A DNA stretch of 64,000 bases from Bilabrum cf. latius (Eukaryota), in assembly GCA_965178125.1 (NCBI GenBank), contig OZ237741.1, forward strand, positions 496,001 through 560,000, in the 5' to 3' direction. Every line of letters begins with the position of its first letter. Position 1 is the stretch's first letter. This document shows positions 39,409 through 52,587 of the stretch, piece after piece. Below the pieces are notes generated by a model, which saw nothing but the letters and a program-made list of their open reading frames with translations, searched no databases and was not told the DNA's origin. The translations under genes and the position numbers were made by a program.

Positions 39409-42400
39409 TCATGACATCACGCATCCATCAAGCTGCGGCTGCTGCCTCCCAGGGATCTCCTTGCCCTACCTTGCACCGCAGCATGGAATTTCGCACGCAC
39501 AAGGCGGTCTGGAATCCTTGGATTCCAGTTCTGTGCGGTTCTTACGCGCCTAATCGGATTTGGGCTCAGACGACGCTGCCGCACCCTACTTCACGTGGGA
39601 GGCATCCGCCGGCCCGGGGTGGTTGACATCGTCCTGCTCTGCTGCCGCAAGCACAGCCGCGAGCACATCCGGGTCTAAGCCATCGTGGCTGCTTGCTGCC
39701 CGCGCACCCGCACCACCCGGTCCGTTGTCCTGCCCATGCTCCCGCGCGATCGACTCCCACCCCAACCGAAGGAGCATTGTCTCCCTCGCCGCGGCATTAC
39801 TGGGCACGGCCCCGCACCAACCGAGCACGCCCTCCGCCCCCACCACGGGGTCCTCCAGCGGGGCATCCCCGTGCTTGCCGTCCTAATCCTGGTGTGACGA
39901 GTGACGAGCGCCCGCCCCCGCCCCCGCCCCCGCACCGTGGTGCACCCGCGCCATCCAGTCGTACAGCACGCTGGCCGGGACGCCGTGCTCGCCTCCCCCG
40001 AGCAAGTGCTCAAGGCCGCAGGTGCCCGCAGCGCGAATCGCCGCCCGCCCCGCCTCCCTGGCCATCTCAGCGCACAGAGTTGCGAAAGCTTCCGCGCCCC
40101 GCAAGGGACCATCGGAACAGGGCACGTCGATTCCCTCCGGGTCCTCAGCGTCGGAAGCGGGGCCGGTCCCGGGATCGATCCCCGGCAACGACCGCAAGAG
40201 ACCCTGCCCCCCAGCATCTGCACCGCCATGCCCTGCACCCACCCATTGTTCCCTGGCCTTCTGGTCCCTCTCCCCCAGCCCGAACAGCAGCGCCACCAGG
40301 GGCGCCGCGTCGCACCTCACCCACCTGTCGTCCACCTCGGCGCACAGGAAGGCCCTCCCCGGGTCCTCGGCCAATGGACCCAGCACCCTTGACTCGCACG
40401 CCAGTCGATCGGACGGCCAGGGACCGAACTCTGGGTTATCTGCCGAGCTGCTCCCGCTGCTGGAGTGGGAGCCGGTCTCCATACCAATCCCCTTCGATGC
40501 TGACGATGGCGGCAGGGGGGAGGACGAGGTGGAGCCCTTGCCTGTGCCCGGCTGGGATGGCGCTCGCGGCGATGCATCCAGGTCGACTGGAGGCTGCCTC
40601 ACGGGAGGCTGCTTTGAACTCTGCAGAGCCTGCAGCCTCGCCCACGCCGCTTCCGCCGTGCACTCGTGGCCAGGCACGCGCTCCATCTGGCTGCTGTACG
40701 CAAGGTACCGAGGCAGTCCGTCTGTGCTGGCGTCCTAGATGACGCCCTCGCGTGTTCCCTGGGGAACAACACGCCTTCCGTTGCTCTCCAGGACGTCGTG
40801 CAGGTGGTCTCGGAGCCGTGCCTCCCTGAGGCACAGGGAACAGGCTCGCGACAGGCGCAAACTCCGCACCACGTCATGCAGCGCCTTCGAGTCACCTACC
40901 GCCGGAATGGCCGCAATCCCGTGGGTGCCGTCCTACACCGATTCCACCTCGATGATCTCCCCGTGGTCTCGCAGCTTCCTCCGCGCGTGCTCCACGGCCA
41001 TGGCACCGCGGGCCAGCAGGGTACAGCACAGAATTAGATCGGCGCACGCGGCCCGCTTGCGCACCACCACGGATCTCCTACTTGCTTCGTCCTCTTCCCC
41101 GTCCGTACCAGCAGCCCCAGCCCCAGCCCCAGCCCCAGCAGCCCCGCCCTTGCCCAGGTCATCACCGGGACCATCCTGCATGCCTGGCTCCATCGTCCCC
41201 GGGGTGGCAATAGACTCGAAGGAGAACAGGAGAGGGCCGCTGTAGCCGTCCTTGTTGCCGCTGCTTCTTCGCGGTGGAGTGCGTTCCGGGGATTGGCTGT
41301 GGTGATCGAGGTGATCGCCGCTGCTGTTGCTGTTGCTGCTTGCAGACCCCGATGCCGTCGTAGTGGCAGTGTCGCTCGTGCTTGCGCCTGCTTCCGAGAA
41401 GCTGGACCGCCCGCTGCCCCCGCGCCTCGGAGACGACGGCAGCGACCTGCTGGGCCGGAACCCCCTCTTCTGACTCCGGATGAACTTCCTCAGCGCCTCC
41501 CCCAGCAGCTCCCTCCCGACCCCCCCGAGCTCGCACACCCTCCTCTCCTTTGCAAGGGGCTTGAACTCACCCGCGCCCGAGTGGAAGCTCTGGGAGCGCA
41601 TGAAGGGGGACCCCTTCTTCTCCTATTCCTCCTGCTTTCTCTCCCCGTTTTCCCTCTGATCAGGAGGCAAAGATCCAGAGTCCCTGGAGCCGCCCTTGGA
41701 GGTGCCGACTTGCCCGCTGCCATGCTGCACGGGCCGCAGCGCGTCCAGGAGCAGATCCACCCAGGCGAGGGCCAGGCCAGCCAGCTGCATGCCGTCGCTG
41801 TCGAGGCGCCTCGACCACTGTGTCTGTCGAAATCGCAGCTCGCCCCTTGCGTCGTCGCCCGTGCCCGCGCATGTCCCGGGGACGCGCATCACGCAGGCAG
41901 GCAGCTCCAGGTCGAGGGCCCCTTCGCTGGCGCTAGACGGCAAAATTGCGTTGGAAAGGGCTCGAAAACACGCGCTCGCGAGGGCTAGTTCGCTTGGAAG
42001 TATACCAGAGTAGCCGCGGCGGCCCACATCGGGAAACCGGTCTGGCTGCAGCGACCGCCTGACGCCGGACAGACGATACGGCTGGTACAACCCAAACGAT
42101 AGGCGCGAGCCACCTAGGGCACAGTCGAGCGAGATCCTGTGTCTAGGGTTCGGCTGCTCTATTTCCAATAGCAAATTTCGCGCGTGGCCATCCGACCGAA
42201 GCGACTCGGCGGCGCTGGTTGGGTCTGGCAGCGAGGCCAGTGCCCGTTTCCGGAATTTGTCGTCGCCTGGCAGCTCATGCGCCGCAGCCGTCCGCAGTGG
42301 CAGGTACAGCTGATGTGTAATAATCCATGGTAGTTGTGCAATGCTTTTCCCGAACAAATGATAGCAAAGCAGGCTGGAGAGGTTTGGCTGCTGGGGCTCC

Positions 42401-42648
42401 GAGGCTGGTGTCGCCGGCCTGAACGAAAATGATGCGCTGCGCGACAGCCTACGCTTGCCTGTCCCGTGGCTACTAGCTGGCAGTTCACCTGAATCCGGCT
42501 ACAATGCCCCGCTAGCCGTACCAACCTGCTCTGACGATGAGTTCGATCGAGCCGAGTGTGCGCTTGCGGGGGACTCCGAGTTGGATTGCCTGGACGGTGG
42601 CAGCGGCCCCATGTTGGAGGGATCATAGTATGATTGCTATTCAGCCAT
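39409..42648 (-). CDS. Hypothetical ~1080 aa protein
   Basis: Track ORFs 41623, 40933, 39883 and 39586 are in one frame joined by TAG; ATG at 42648, TGA at 39409; no family recognised. Confidence 0.6.
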
Positions 42649-42870
42649 GTTTATGCGCTGGACCAACGAGCGAAGTGAAGTTCTGGAGCAAGCAATCATT
42701 GAATTCAGCTCTGGCTTCAATTTAACCAAATGTGCACGCCACAAATCGTGCAAGTGGCCAAATCGCTCCATCGGATCTTGTGTGCCAACACATGAACACT
42801 CATGGGTTCGAAATGAATGGTTTCTTGTTCTTCCACAACCGAGCTCTGGCCCTACCCCACCGTAGAGTCA

Positions 42871-44442
42871 TTACCTGCTCGCGGCATCCGCCAGCGCCAC
42901 GCTCGGAACCATCGGCGATGTCTCGGACTAGCCTGCATACTCGCCGTCCAAATGCGGGGCGTGGCAGTCCAGGTCTCGCGAGTGGAGCGTGCTCAATGAG
43001 TCGCTCGTGCCATCCACGCACTTGCTCCAGTTCCCCGCCACGGACCATCCGGCCGGCACGGTGGGCCCGTTCCCCCTCGACGCGTCGAAGACCAGAGCCA
43101 CGCTCGACAGCGTCGTGTCCAGCGCATGCTCCAAGTACACGCCGCTCTACGGCCGCGCGATCAGACCGGGGTGTCCGGGGAGCGAGGGGCGGTAGTCGAT
43201 CCCCAGGGGCCAGTAGATGCCCCCCGGGCGCCTGACCCCAGACGGGGGGACCAGGGTGAGGCTGACGTTCTGCATCGACACACGCTCGATGGGGTACTGG
43301 GTGGTGCTGCTCACGACCGCACTGTTCACCGCGGCGCGGGAGCGAACGTTCACGAACCTGATGTCGCTGACCCGCCCCACGACGGATCCAGGAGACCGCT
43401 GCACACTCGAGATCCAAATGGATTCCGAGGCGCCCCACCACCTCGCCGGGTACATGTCCGTCGAGTCTATCTCGATGTCCCTGAACTCCACGTCAGAGAT
43501 GTTCCCCTGGTCCCTGTGCTGGATCCCGAGAGCCCGGTTGGTCCCGCCCAGCACCTGCAGCCCGGCGATGAGGATGTGCCGCATGTTGGCCTGTGTGGAG
43601 GACCCGAACTTCACCGCGCTGCTCCGTGATCTGGCTGCGTTGTTCTCTGCCAGGACGTTGTAGAGATCCATGGCACCCTCGGTGGATTTGAGGCAGATGG
43701 CATCGTCGCCAGTTTCTAGGATGGTGTCTCGCAAGGTGACGTTCTGGCTGGAATCGATGTCGATGGCGTCGCAGTTGGGCCATCGCTGGTCTCCAAATAT
43801 GGTAACGTTTTCGACAAGGGCGCTCGTCGTGTTAAAGAGGTGAAACGTCCAGTCGGGGCTGTTCCGGAGGTAGACGTCGCGGACCACAACCCGGTGGCTG
43901 TTCTTGATCTGAAGGAGCCGGGGCCTGCACTCGCCCTCACACCCTGCATGCTGCGGTCCAGTCCATGTGTGAGGCATGAGCTGGTCGAAATCCCTGCGGT
44001 ACTCGCGCAGGAATCCCGGGATCGCGTTCCCATCGAGCACCCCACCGCCGATGATTGCGGTGTTGCGCACTCCATCTGCCAGAACCACGCGCCAAAGCGA
44101 AGAATCGTTCTATGGATAGTCATCAGGCCGATTCGAGCCCAGGATAATTCCATCACCGGCCACATTTAAGACCATGTTAGATCGTAGTCGGACGAGCCCA
44201 GTCAAGTAAGATCCGTTCCGCACCAAAACCTGCGCGCTACCGCTAGGATGCGCCGAGGCAGCATCGATGGCTTTTTGGATGGCTGCAGTATCGACCGTCC
44301 TGCCGTCTCCAATTGCGCCAAAGTCCCTGATGTCGAAACTTGTTCTTGCTTCGGATGGAAAGTATTGGCACGTCTCCCCGCAACCTGTAGGATCTTTGGC
44401 CGCGACGATGCCAGCAATAGCAGCAATCGTAAGTATATACAT
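42871..44442 (-). CDS. Secreted glycoside hydrolase family 28 (polygalacturonase-like)
   Basis: Signal peptide; DIRDFGAIGDGRTVDTAAIQKAID, PNCDAIDIDSS, TGDDAICLKS; three in-frame TAG; ends TAA TGA. Confidence 0.9.
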
Positions 44443-44558
44443 GATCAAGAGTAGCTACAACGAAATTCTGATCGAGTAGTGGCAAATTGAGCCGTTGCAA
44501 GCCGCAATCGTCACGTCCGGATGCAGCATTTCTCGTTCGAACATGCATTTATATTCGA

Positions 44559-46812
44559 ATGCAGGCGAAACTTGACAGGTGTAGTTTCCTTTTGCGGATC
44601 CTCTGGAGCAAGTACGAGGCTGGTGATGAAGACGGTACGGATCGATCGAGAGAAGCCGTGCTACGAGCGCTTCAAAATGAGTTTCCCGAGCCCAAGCACG
44701 ATCCCGCGGTCGCCATTGCAGACAGCGACCCGCAGGGTAGCCCCGCTTCGCGAAGATTAAATCCTGACTTTGAATCTGTTCCTGAACTCCCGGCCGAAGT
44801 GCAAGCCAGGATATCATACATTCGAGGCAAGGCACTGTATGTATCCGACCATCCGCCGGCTGCTGCTGACGTTGCCCTAGAGGATGCGGTGCGGGCAGAC
44901 CCCACCCAATGGGATGCCTGGCGTTGTTTGGCCGATCTAAAATTGCTGCGAAGGGACTTTGTGGGTGCCCGGGACGCCTGCCTGGCAGGGCTCCGTTGGG
45001 GACCGAGGGAGGCCAGGCTCTGGATGCAGCTCAGCCAGGTGCTTCGATCGTCGCCCCCATCGTCCGCCAGCAGGGGCGCAGCTCTCGCGCAACAAAGCGT
45101 TGATTGTGCCAACAAGGCGGTCGGGCTTGCCCCTAGTAGCGCCGAGGCCCACTGTGAGGAAGCAACCGAGCAATACCCGAGCAATAACCGAGCACCTGCT
45201 CCCTTGCTCAGCGTCCCCGTGGCGGTTGTGAGCCTTTGCCATCGCTGCTGGCTTCCTCTTTTTTCCATCAACAAGTTCTTATCGCGCAGATAATTTGGGC
45301 ATGGCTCACCTTAGCCTTTGTTTTCGGTCCTAGGTGCAGGTTCCCGCTCTAAAGCTGGCCATCGGAGCATACGAGCAAGCAGCTGCTCTGCAGGCGAAAT
45401 CTGAAGCGGAGGCGGCTGCCGCTTCGATTGATAGCGCCAAAGCTATAATGTCTCAATCGCCTGCCAGTGGTGCCACACCAAGCAGCAGACGGTTGTCCCC
45501 GCGGCCGGACAAGCCCGAACTCGACGCGGAAAGGGCCGGCCGAATGGGCGTGGTGCGCATGCGGGAGATGCACTTCAACAGAGGCATCGCGCTTCGGTTC
45601 GACGGAAGATTTGACCAGGCACTGGCGGCCTTCAGGCTCGCGCAGCTGGACCCGCGGCTGCCCGTCAAGGCCGAGATCGCGACCACGAAGAGGAGGGTGG
45701 TGCAGATCTCCACGGCGCTGAAACGAGCGTCCAGGTCTCGGGCTGCGAAACTGGACTCGGTGCGCGGGTCCATCGATGCGTTTGTGCAAGCCATTTACAG
45801 CTGCAGAGCAAGCAATGGATCCGACGGTACAGCAGCCAGCATCAAGGAGGCAGGTAACGCCACTGCCGATAGCAGAACCGACAGCAGTGCAGGCTGTGCA
45901 TCGGCAAGGAGCAAAGGAAGCACCGATAAGCCAAGCAGCGAGGAAATCCGCAACCCACATTCCACCGATGCTCCAAAGCAGTCGATTTCGAAACCTAGCA
46001 CGGATGCATTGCAGCAGCAGGCAAAGCCGGGCACTGGGAGCAGCGCCCCATCCGGAAACGAGGAGTAGCCCCTGCCCCTGCCGCTGCCCCCCCAGGAGGA
46101 GGTGGAGCGCACCGCGAGCGCGGTTGGATCTCGTCGGTTCGTGACCCTTGCAGAGCTGCGCCCAGGCTCGAATCCCGGTGTGGCAGTGGTCGTGTGCCCA
46201 GTGGCATGCCAGACATTCGCTGAGCAGCCCCCGCCAGTGCTCGTCTGCTGCGATGCGTCCGGCGCGGTGGGGAGGGCGTCTGACCCCGGCATTTTACCGT
46301 CTACAGCGCAAGACAAGGCCGGTGTTCTCGAATCCAGCTGCAGCACCATGAGCGAGAGCAAGGCGAGCGAGCAGGAGGGCGCGAGCGGAGCACTTGCCCG
46401 GGGGATCCGGATCGCCGAGGCTAGCGGTGACGAGCACGGCAATCTAGTAGAGTTTCCGGACGACCCGCAGATGCTCTGGCTCGACGGGTGCGTCGCGGTT
46501 GCCGCCTACGCCGCACCCACCACGGCTGCGTCTGGCTTGGCCTCTGCAAAGCTGGCCGTGCTCATCGATCCCGTGCTCACAGTAGCCAGCTTGCACAAAG
46601 AGAAGGCGGTCGCAGCTGCAAAATCAAAGGCGGTGGGTTCCACAGTATCAGGTCGCGGCACTACTGAAAGAGTTTCTCGTCGCGGTGGCATGGTGATTGG
46701 CTTCCCACTGGTGCGAGCCGAGAGCGCCGAGCACTTGCTCGTGCAAGGCCGGCCGGCTGGAGGGTACGGAGCAACGCAGGACGAGGCCAAGATTGGGAGT
46801 GCGTGGCAATGA
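44559..46812 (+). CDS. TTC5: TPR protein with C-terminal OB-like domain, TTC5-like; intron 45154-45289
   Basis: YIRGKAL, AVRADPTQWDAWRCL, AEAHY|NLGMAHLSL, EMHFNRG; two in-frame TAG; TGA stop. Confidence 0.65.
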
Positions 46813-46906
46813 CCGCAACACGAAACGTATATACAATTGCAGTATGGACAGCCCACGTTCACTTTACATTCAAATCCTGGATCCTTGCAATACAACGCTG
46901 CTGTCC

Positions 46907-49198
46907 TCAGACGGCGTCCCAGATCTCGCAATACAAGTCGATAATGTCTCCCAATCGCATAGGCCTGGGCAGCGTGTAGGTCCGCTGCAACTTAGCCAGC
47001 TCCTCCACGATTTCGTCGATGTCGTCGTCCGATAGCGGCGGGGCGTCGGGTTCCTGCGTCAAGGGTCGGATGAGCCAGGCAGACCGAGTGGCGTGCCAGT
47101 TCAGCAAGCCGGCGTTGAAGAAGCCACCCTTCGTGCCATGCGGGTACCAAGGATCCCTCACGGCCCCGATTGCCTGCTGCGCGAGCTCCAACGATGCAAT
47201 CTTCATCTGCGGGGGCACAACCGTGCTCGGCTTCTTCGCCTTCCCAGCATCGCCACCCTCCCCCGCCTTGTCCCCGTCTGCCACGGGGCTCCCAGGGGCG
47301 ACCCCCTTGGGCGCCCCCGGCGCTGTCGTAACCGCAACGGGCCCTCCCCCGAAGTTGTATCCGTCGTCCGCTTGCTGGGAGGCCAGCTCCACGATCTGCC
47401 CCTGCCCCGTGCCCGTGAAGGATCCCCAAGTACCCCGCATCGTGCGGTAGAAAGCCCTCTCGTCCTCCTCCGCGCTCTCCGCGCCTTTGGCCAGGGCTGC
47501 CGCTTTGGCCATGGTCCAATCGCCCGCCTCCTTCCCGCTGTAGACACCCCCCTTGTGCGCAGCCTCGCTCCCCCCGGCACCCGCACCTGCGCCGCTGCCA
47601 CCCGCCTTGCTCTTCCCAGCGCCCGCGCCCGCGCCGGCCTCCAGCTCTGCGTCGTCCTCGCTATCCGCGTCAGCCACTGCCGCAACCAGCGGCATGCCTC
47701 GCTCGATCCCGGCCAGCGCTGCCAGCATGAGCTGCCTCACCATGCGCCGGTCGCCCGCAGGCTCGATGGCCGGCCTCGCCAGGGCGGCGGGAAGGACCGG
47801 AAGCACGGGGGAGAGGCCGTCTCCGTGCTCCGTCCAGAACTTCACCAAGTCGTCCCTGAAGTACTTGGCTGGCGTGCCCGCTGCAGCAGCGTCCCCATCG
47901 TTCCCTTCTCCAGACTCGGCCGGCTTGGCACCGATGGCTGGCTCGATGGCACGCGCTGCCACCACGACGGGGTCCTGGGGCTCTAGCTTCACGCAGCAGA
48001 TGGCGTGCAGGGGCGTGTGCACCAGCACCGGCCCGCTATCAAACCCGTCTCCCCCGAGCGAGTGGTCGCACAGCTCTTCCACCACGTGCTCCATGAGCTC
48101 GGCGTCCTGCTGGGCGAGCTGCTGGACGTCCACACCCAGCACGAGGCCAAGGGCCCTGGCAGCGTCCACCGAAAGCTCCTCCCCCACCGAATCCGTGATG
48201 TCCACCTGGCTGTCCACGCGCTCCACCCAGGGAACAGCCATGCCTTGGTCGCAAATCTCCCTGGCCAGGGGCACCCCCCCTGGCTCCAAGTCGCTGGGGT
48301 GCACACGGTGCCCGTTCCGCTCGTACAGGACCGCATGGAGCCTGGCTCTAAGGTCAAACACGCCAGACGCGGCGTTCCGAAACAAGAGCATGGTGCCCCG
48401 TGGCCTTGTCAGGCTGAGCAGGAGCTGCGCGCAGCTGAGCTCCTGCGCCTTCCTGAGCGGCCCCGGCTGCCACGTCTCAGCTGCCACTTTGAGCGCGGGC
48501 GCACTTGCTCCGTTGCCCGCTTTCTCGGCATCTTTCTAATCGCCCTTAGGACCACCCCCTCCCTCCCCGCTATCGTCTTCTTCCCCGGTCGCGGCGTCGG
48601 GCACGAAGCACCTCGACAGACGCCAGAGCGACGAGTGCACGAGGTCGAACCGACCCAGCGCGCTGGCAGGGTCACCCCCTGGAGAGGCGGAGGAAGAGGG
48701 CGCCGCGTCTCCGGCCCGCGAGCCGGTAGCGCTCGAATCCGCTCCTTCAGATCCAGGCGACCCCCAGTCCTCCGGCAGCTCCGGCAGCTTGCCGTCCCAG
48801 CTCTCAAACGCCTTTTGCACTACGACCACGCAGTCTGCCAAATCTGGATTCTTCTGCATCATTTTCTGATAAATCCGGGCTCCACTCACGACTACGTATC
48901 GCAGGTTGGGCCGACGCGACCTGAGTAGCCGAGCAATCTTGGCATCGTACTCGGGGCTGCCATTTTCAATCGCCAACACCCACAGGGGGTCTCCGCCATC
49001 CTTCATCTGCTGTACCTTGGACCTAAACCATTCCAGCTGAGCATAGTAGGCTGCGGAGCGACGAAAAGCATGAAAATCTATCCACGACATGAGCGACAAG
49101 CACGCAATGACCGCAGTTGCAACAAGCAGTGCCCCCCCCAACACATGGCCGCGTGCGATACAAGACGGACATTTGCAGGAGCACATCGTCCATACCAT
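46907..49198 (-). CDS. Protein with N-terminal TM and C-terminal DUF4050/Gag1-like clamp domain
   Basis: FFNAGLLNWHATRSAW...LPRPMRLGDIIDLYCEIW; track ORFs 48536 and 46907 are joined by one TAG; TGA stop. Confidence 0.7.
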
Positions 49199-49520
49199 GG
49201 TGATAGATAGTATGATGCCTGCAACTACGGTGCTCAGGCAACATTAAGTCATGCGGACGGACGCCGCGGCGAAGTGGCCTGCTCACATGATACTTGCAAA
49301 TTTGTTGACACGGGCACCTCCGGTGGCTTTGGCGGCTCGCCGGGAGAAGGTACAGTAGACATGGACAAAATTAAACCAAACCTTCCAAAAAGGATGTGAT
49401 AAGCACCCTCTTGGAAGCAGTATCTTTGAATTTACAGCGCCGTGATCCACCAATTCGAGACTGGTTTTTGTTTGTAAGGTGTAGTTGCAGTCGCAACAAT
49501 AAATTTATCACAATTGCTCC

Positions 49521-50421
49521 ATGTTTTAGACTATGATTGGCGTTCTGTTCGCATCCTTCCTATTTGCTGTAAATGGATAGAGCGATGAGCGCAAAGCTGT
49601 CGAAGAACCGTCCAGGTTTGAGCTTGTTGTGCGTCACGCTGTCGCCGGCTCGTTTTATGATAGGGCAACTGGCGACCTGCGCAAATCCAGTGCGGGCTGG
49701 ACCGCGTCAATTGGCAAAGCTAGCTTAGATGTTGCGCAGCTGGAGCAGCTGGCAGCGGCTGTGTAGCATGGAGGCTATTATCGCACTGAAGCTTTCGTCC
49801 GAGACAGGAACACCGGCGAAACACTGTCGCCAACAGTCCGGGGCTCGACAAGCGCGGTGAGACGAGATTATATGCTTGTACGGCACTCGTAAGTACTGAA
49901 TGCCTGCCGGCAGCCATCTACTGCTCCTCTGCCTACTTTGCGACGCACCTCACTTGCCGCAGTGCCTCCTCGCGGCATCGGATTTCTAGCACGAGCTGGG
50001 CATTCACGTGGTAGAGGGAGACTTGCAGGCTGTGGAGGTACGGCTTCCCAAGCAGGCCGGGGAGGTGGTGTGCGATGAATCGGTACGCACTAGGCTGTCG
50101 GGGCTGCTCCGCAAAGCGGCTGCCGCAGGAAAATCCGCCCCGCTCGGGAACAAGATCAAGGTTTACGAGCCGAAAGAAGGAAGAACTCTGAAGATTGCGG
50201 AGCCAGGGGCAGCGCAGGCCTATCTTGGGCAGAAGGCACACGCAGCCGCTGCCAAGGAGGACGGGCGGGAGCTGACGGACGAAGAGAAGGCAAAGCAGCA
50301 GCCCCAGGGATTGATGGCATACGCGCCATACGTTATGCCAGCCCTGGTGATCTACATGTGCCTCTCCAGATTTACTGATGATGCCAGCGGTGGAAAGGGT
50401 GGCAAGCCTGCAGCAAAATAA
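49521..50421 (+). CDS. EMC10: ER membrane protein complex subunit 10-like; intron 49857-49962
   Basis: Signal peptide, LVVRHAV..FYDRA, GGYYRT, GSTSA|CLLAASDF*HELGIHV, C-terminal TM YAPYVMPALVIYM; four TAG; TAA stop. Confidence 0.7.
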
Positions 50422-50537
50422 GTGATTACATGAAGGCTTCTCTCTGGCATGAATTATCACGACAAAGATTAGAGGACAAGACTTGTTATGGGTATATATT
50501 AATATCTTCGAACAAATCGCGGCTAAGCGCTGCTGCA

Positions 50538-50824
50538 TCAGCCTCTTCTTGGCGGCTTGGCCCTGCTTATTCGAACTTCCTTGAACACCACGTGTCTTCG
50601 CACAATGGGGTCATATTTCTTGAAGGCTAACTTGTGCTAGATGGAGGTAGGATTCTTCCTAGACACGTAGAAGAAACTGCGGTGAGCAAACACTAGTGTG
50701 CAGTATTGGAAGTGGTAGTTGCCCTGATTGCCTGAACGGGTCCATCCAGCCCGCCAGCCGCTCACCCAGTGTTGGCAGTAGATACAAGCTTAATCATGAG
50801 CTTCTTGACCTTAGATTTCGCCAT
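50538..50824 (-). CDS. MRPL33: Mitochondrial ribosomal protein bL33m; intron 50677-50765
   Basis: MAKSKVKKLMIKLVSTANTG|FFYVSRKNPTSI*HKLAFKKYDPIVRRHVVFKE; TAG at 50637-50639 mid-domain; TGA stop. Confidence 0.9.
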
Positions 50825-50898
50825 GACGTGGCGAATGCGGGACGGCTGCAGCGCATTTGTCTGGTCTGGTATTCGCAACAGAAACAACTCCTTACTAT

Positions 50899-51622
50899 AT
50901 GCTCTTGACGCGACTGGCGACACCGGGCGAGCAACCCAGTCGCCAGCGACCGCGATTCGACCGGGACAAACAGCAAAACTTGTCAAACATAGAAGTAGCC
51001 AGACCACGCGTGGTGGCATGCCAGTTGACACAGCCAGGAGAGGCCCTGATGCACGGCCACCACCAGAAGCCACTGAGGCACGAAGGCCTGGCCCCTCTTC
51101 ATCGATTTCACCCAGCTGGCTTCAGTAGCGTACATCCACAGTATCCTGCCAGCGACTGATCGACTCGATCGACCCGTTCGGGGTGAATGACAGCGGCGCC
51201 ATGTAGCTGAAATCGTGAGCCTTAATCCGGTCAGGTGCGCTCTACCACCTGTCCCCGAACAGCACCCAGTCACTCCCAGTGTGCCAAATAGTGCCCGTCT
51301 GTGCCATCCAAATACTGGATCCATTCCCTGGGTATCTAGCGATCTGACCCCTGTACTCGTAGTCCCCCATCGGAGACTCAGACGTGTACACCTCCACGCC
51401 CGTGCCGGCACCGCAGAAACAGCAGCACTGCCCGATTATGACGTAGTACAGCCCCCCACGCTTGAACATAGCGACTCCTTCTAGGTTCCCAGGTCCGATG
51501 GTTGGAGACACGGCGGCAGGAGCTGCTGGTCCTAGCAGGTCCGGGGTCAGCTTCTGGACGTGATTCACGTGAGTCGTCTCGTGGGTGAACGCGACGTACC
51601 CTCCCCATCATCGTCTGCAAAG
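50899..51622 (-). pseudogene. Displaced, truncated copy of the GH43 gene 3' end plus downstream region (partner 61451-62090)
   Basis: Direct repeat; FADDDGE/YVAF carries a 1-nt frameshift near 51600; no 5' half recognisable. Confidence 0.8.
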
Positions 51623-52587
51623 TACACAGAAAAGGATACGTGTATACGATATGGGCTCGTGATAGCGGATGCGCACTGGTGTGTTTACCTGTGTTTAGGG
51701 TAGGTGGTTGCACTTTTTCCCCTGGCAATCTCACGATGGCTACACGGGCCAGGCCACGGCAATCCACTGCAGCGCCATGACTGAGCAGTACTTTATTACA
51801 GTTATTGGAATTGTATCGCGCCGTGTATCCTAGAGTGACATGGTCGAATAGCCTGTAGTCAATAAGTAGTCGGTGTGGCTTCGATTCATCCTCAAGGAGA
51901 GCTTGAGGATGCAATCAGGACCGACACTCCCCTCCTCTGCGCATACCGACACAGCTACTCGAATCGAAACCCACGAAGCAAGCCGCTTCCAGGAGATCGT
52001 CTGCGGTAGCGCCGTTTCAGCTATTTGTGCTATCGATCACATCTCGCGGACAGCGGAAGAGTTGAGATTGAGATGGTTGCGGCATCGTGGTAATGGTGGT
52101 GCATCGAATCACTGGGCGCGGCGCCGACCAGGTTCCGCTACTCCGCGATTTTAATACGGAATTTGAAACGAGCTGGCAGGCCAGGACGATTCAGCTGATA
52201 CAGCTTCTGAGCGGTCCCACCCCAAGCCCCTCGCAACATCTAGCCTCGTACGTGAGATGATGCATCTTACTAGTACTCCATATACCACGCGTTCTGATGC
52301 CGTTTGGCAATCGTATCGTTGGTCCATGGACGCCAACTGGTGGACTGCAGTGAAGAGCCAGGACGCATCTACACTTCCCGCAAGACTTGTCGGTATAGCC
52401 TAGCGCCACGAATCAAACACGACCCACCAAATGTTTCATGGCAGTTGCACACTGCCAGCTCCAAGCATGGTATCCTGCGAGTGCCGCCAGGCTTGTTCCT
52501 TCACTGCTCCGACTCGATGTTGCTCCATTCACTTGAGTCATGCCCTTCGAAGCATCGCAGCTGGAAAAACCGCATATTAACAAAAAA

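Noticed and set aside
42871-50421. Ciliate-type code with TAA also sense
   Set aside because: TAA terminates GH28, EMC10 and the DUF285 gene, and was not found inside the reconstructed exons.
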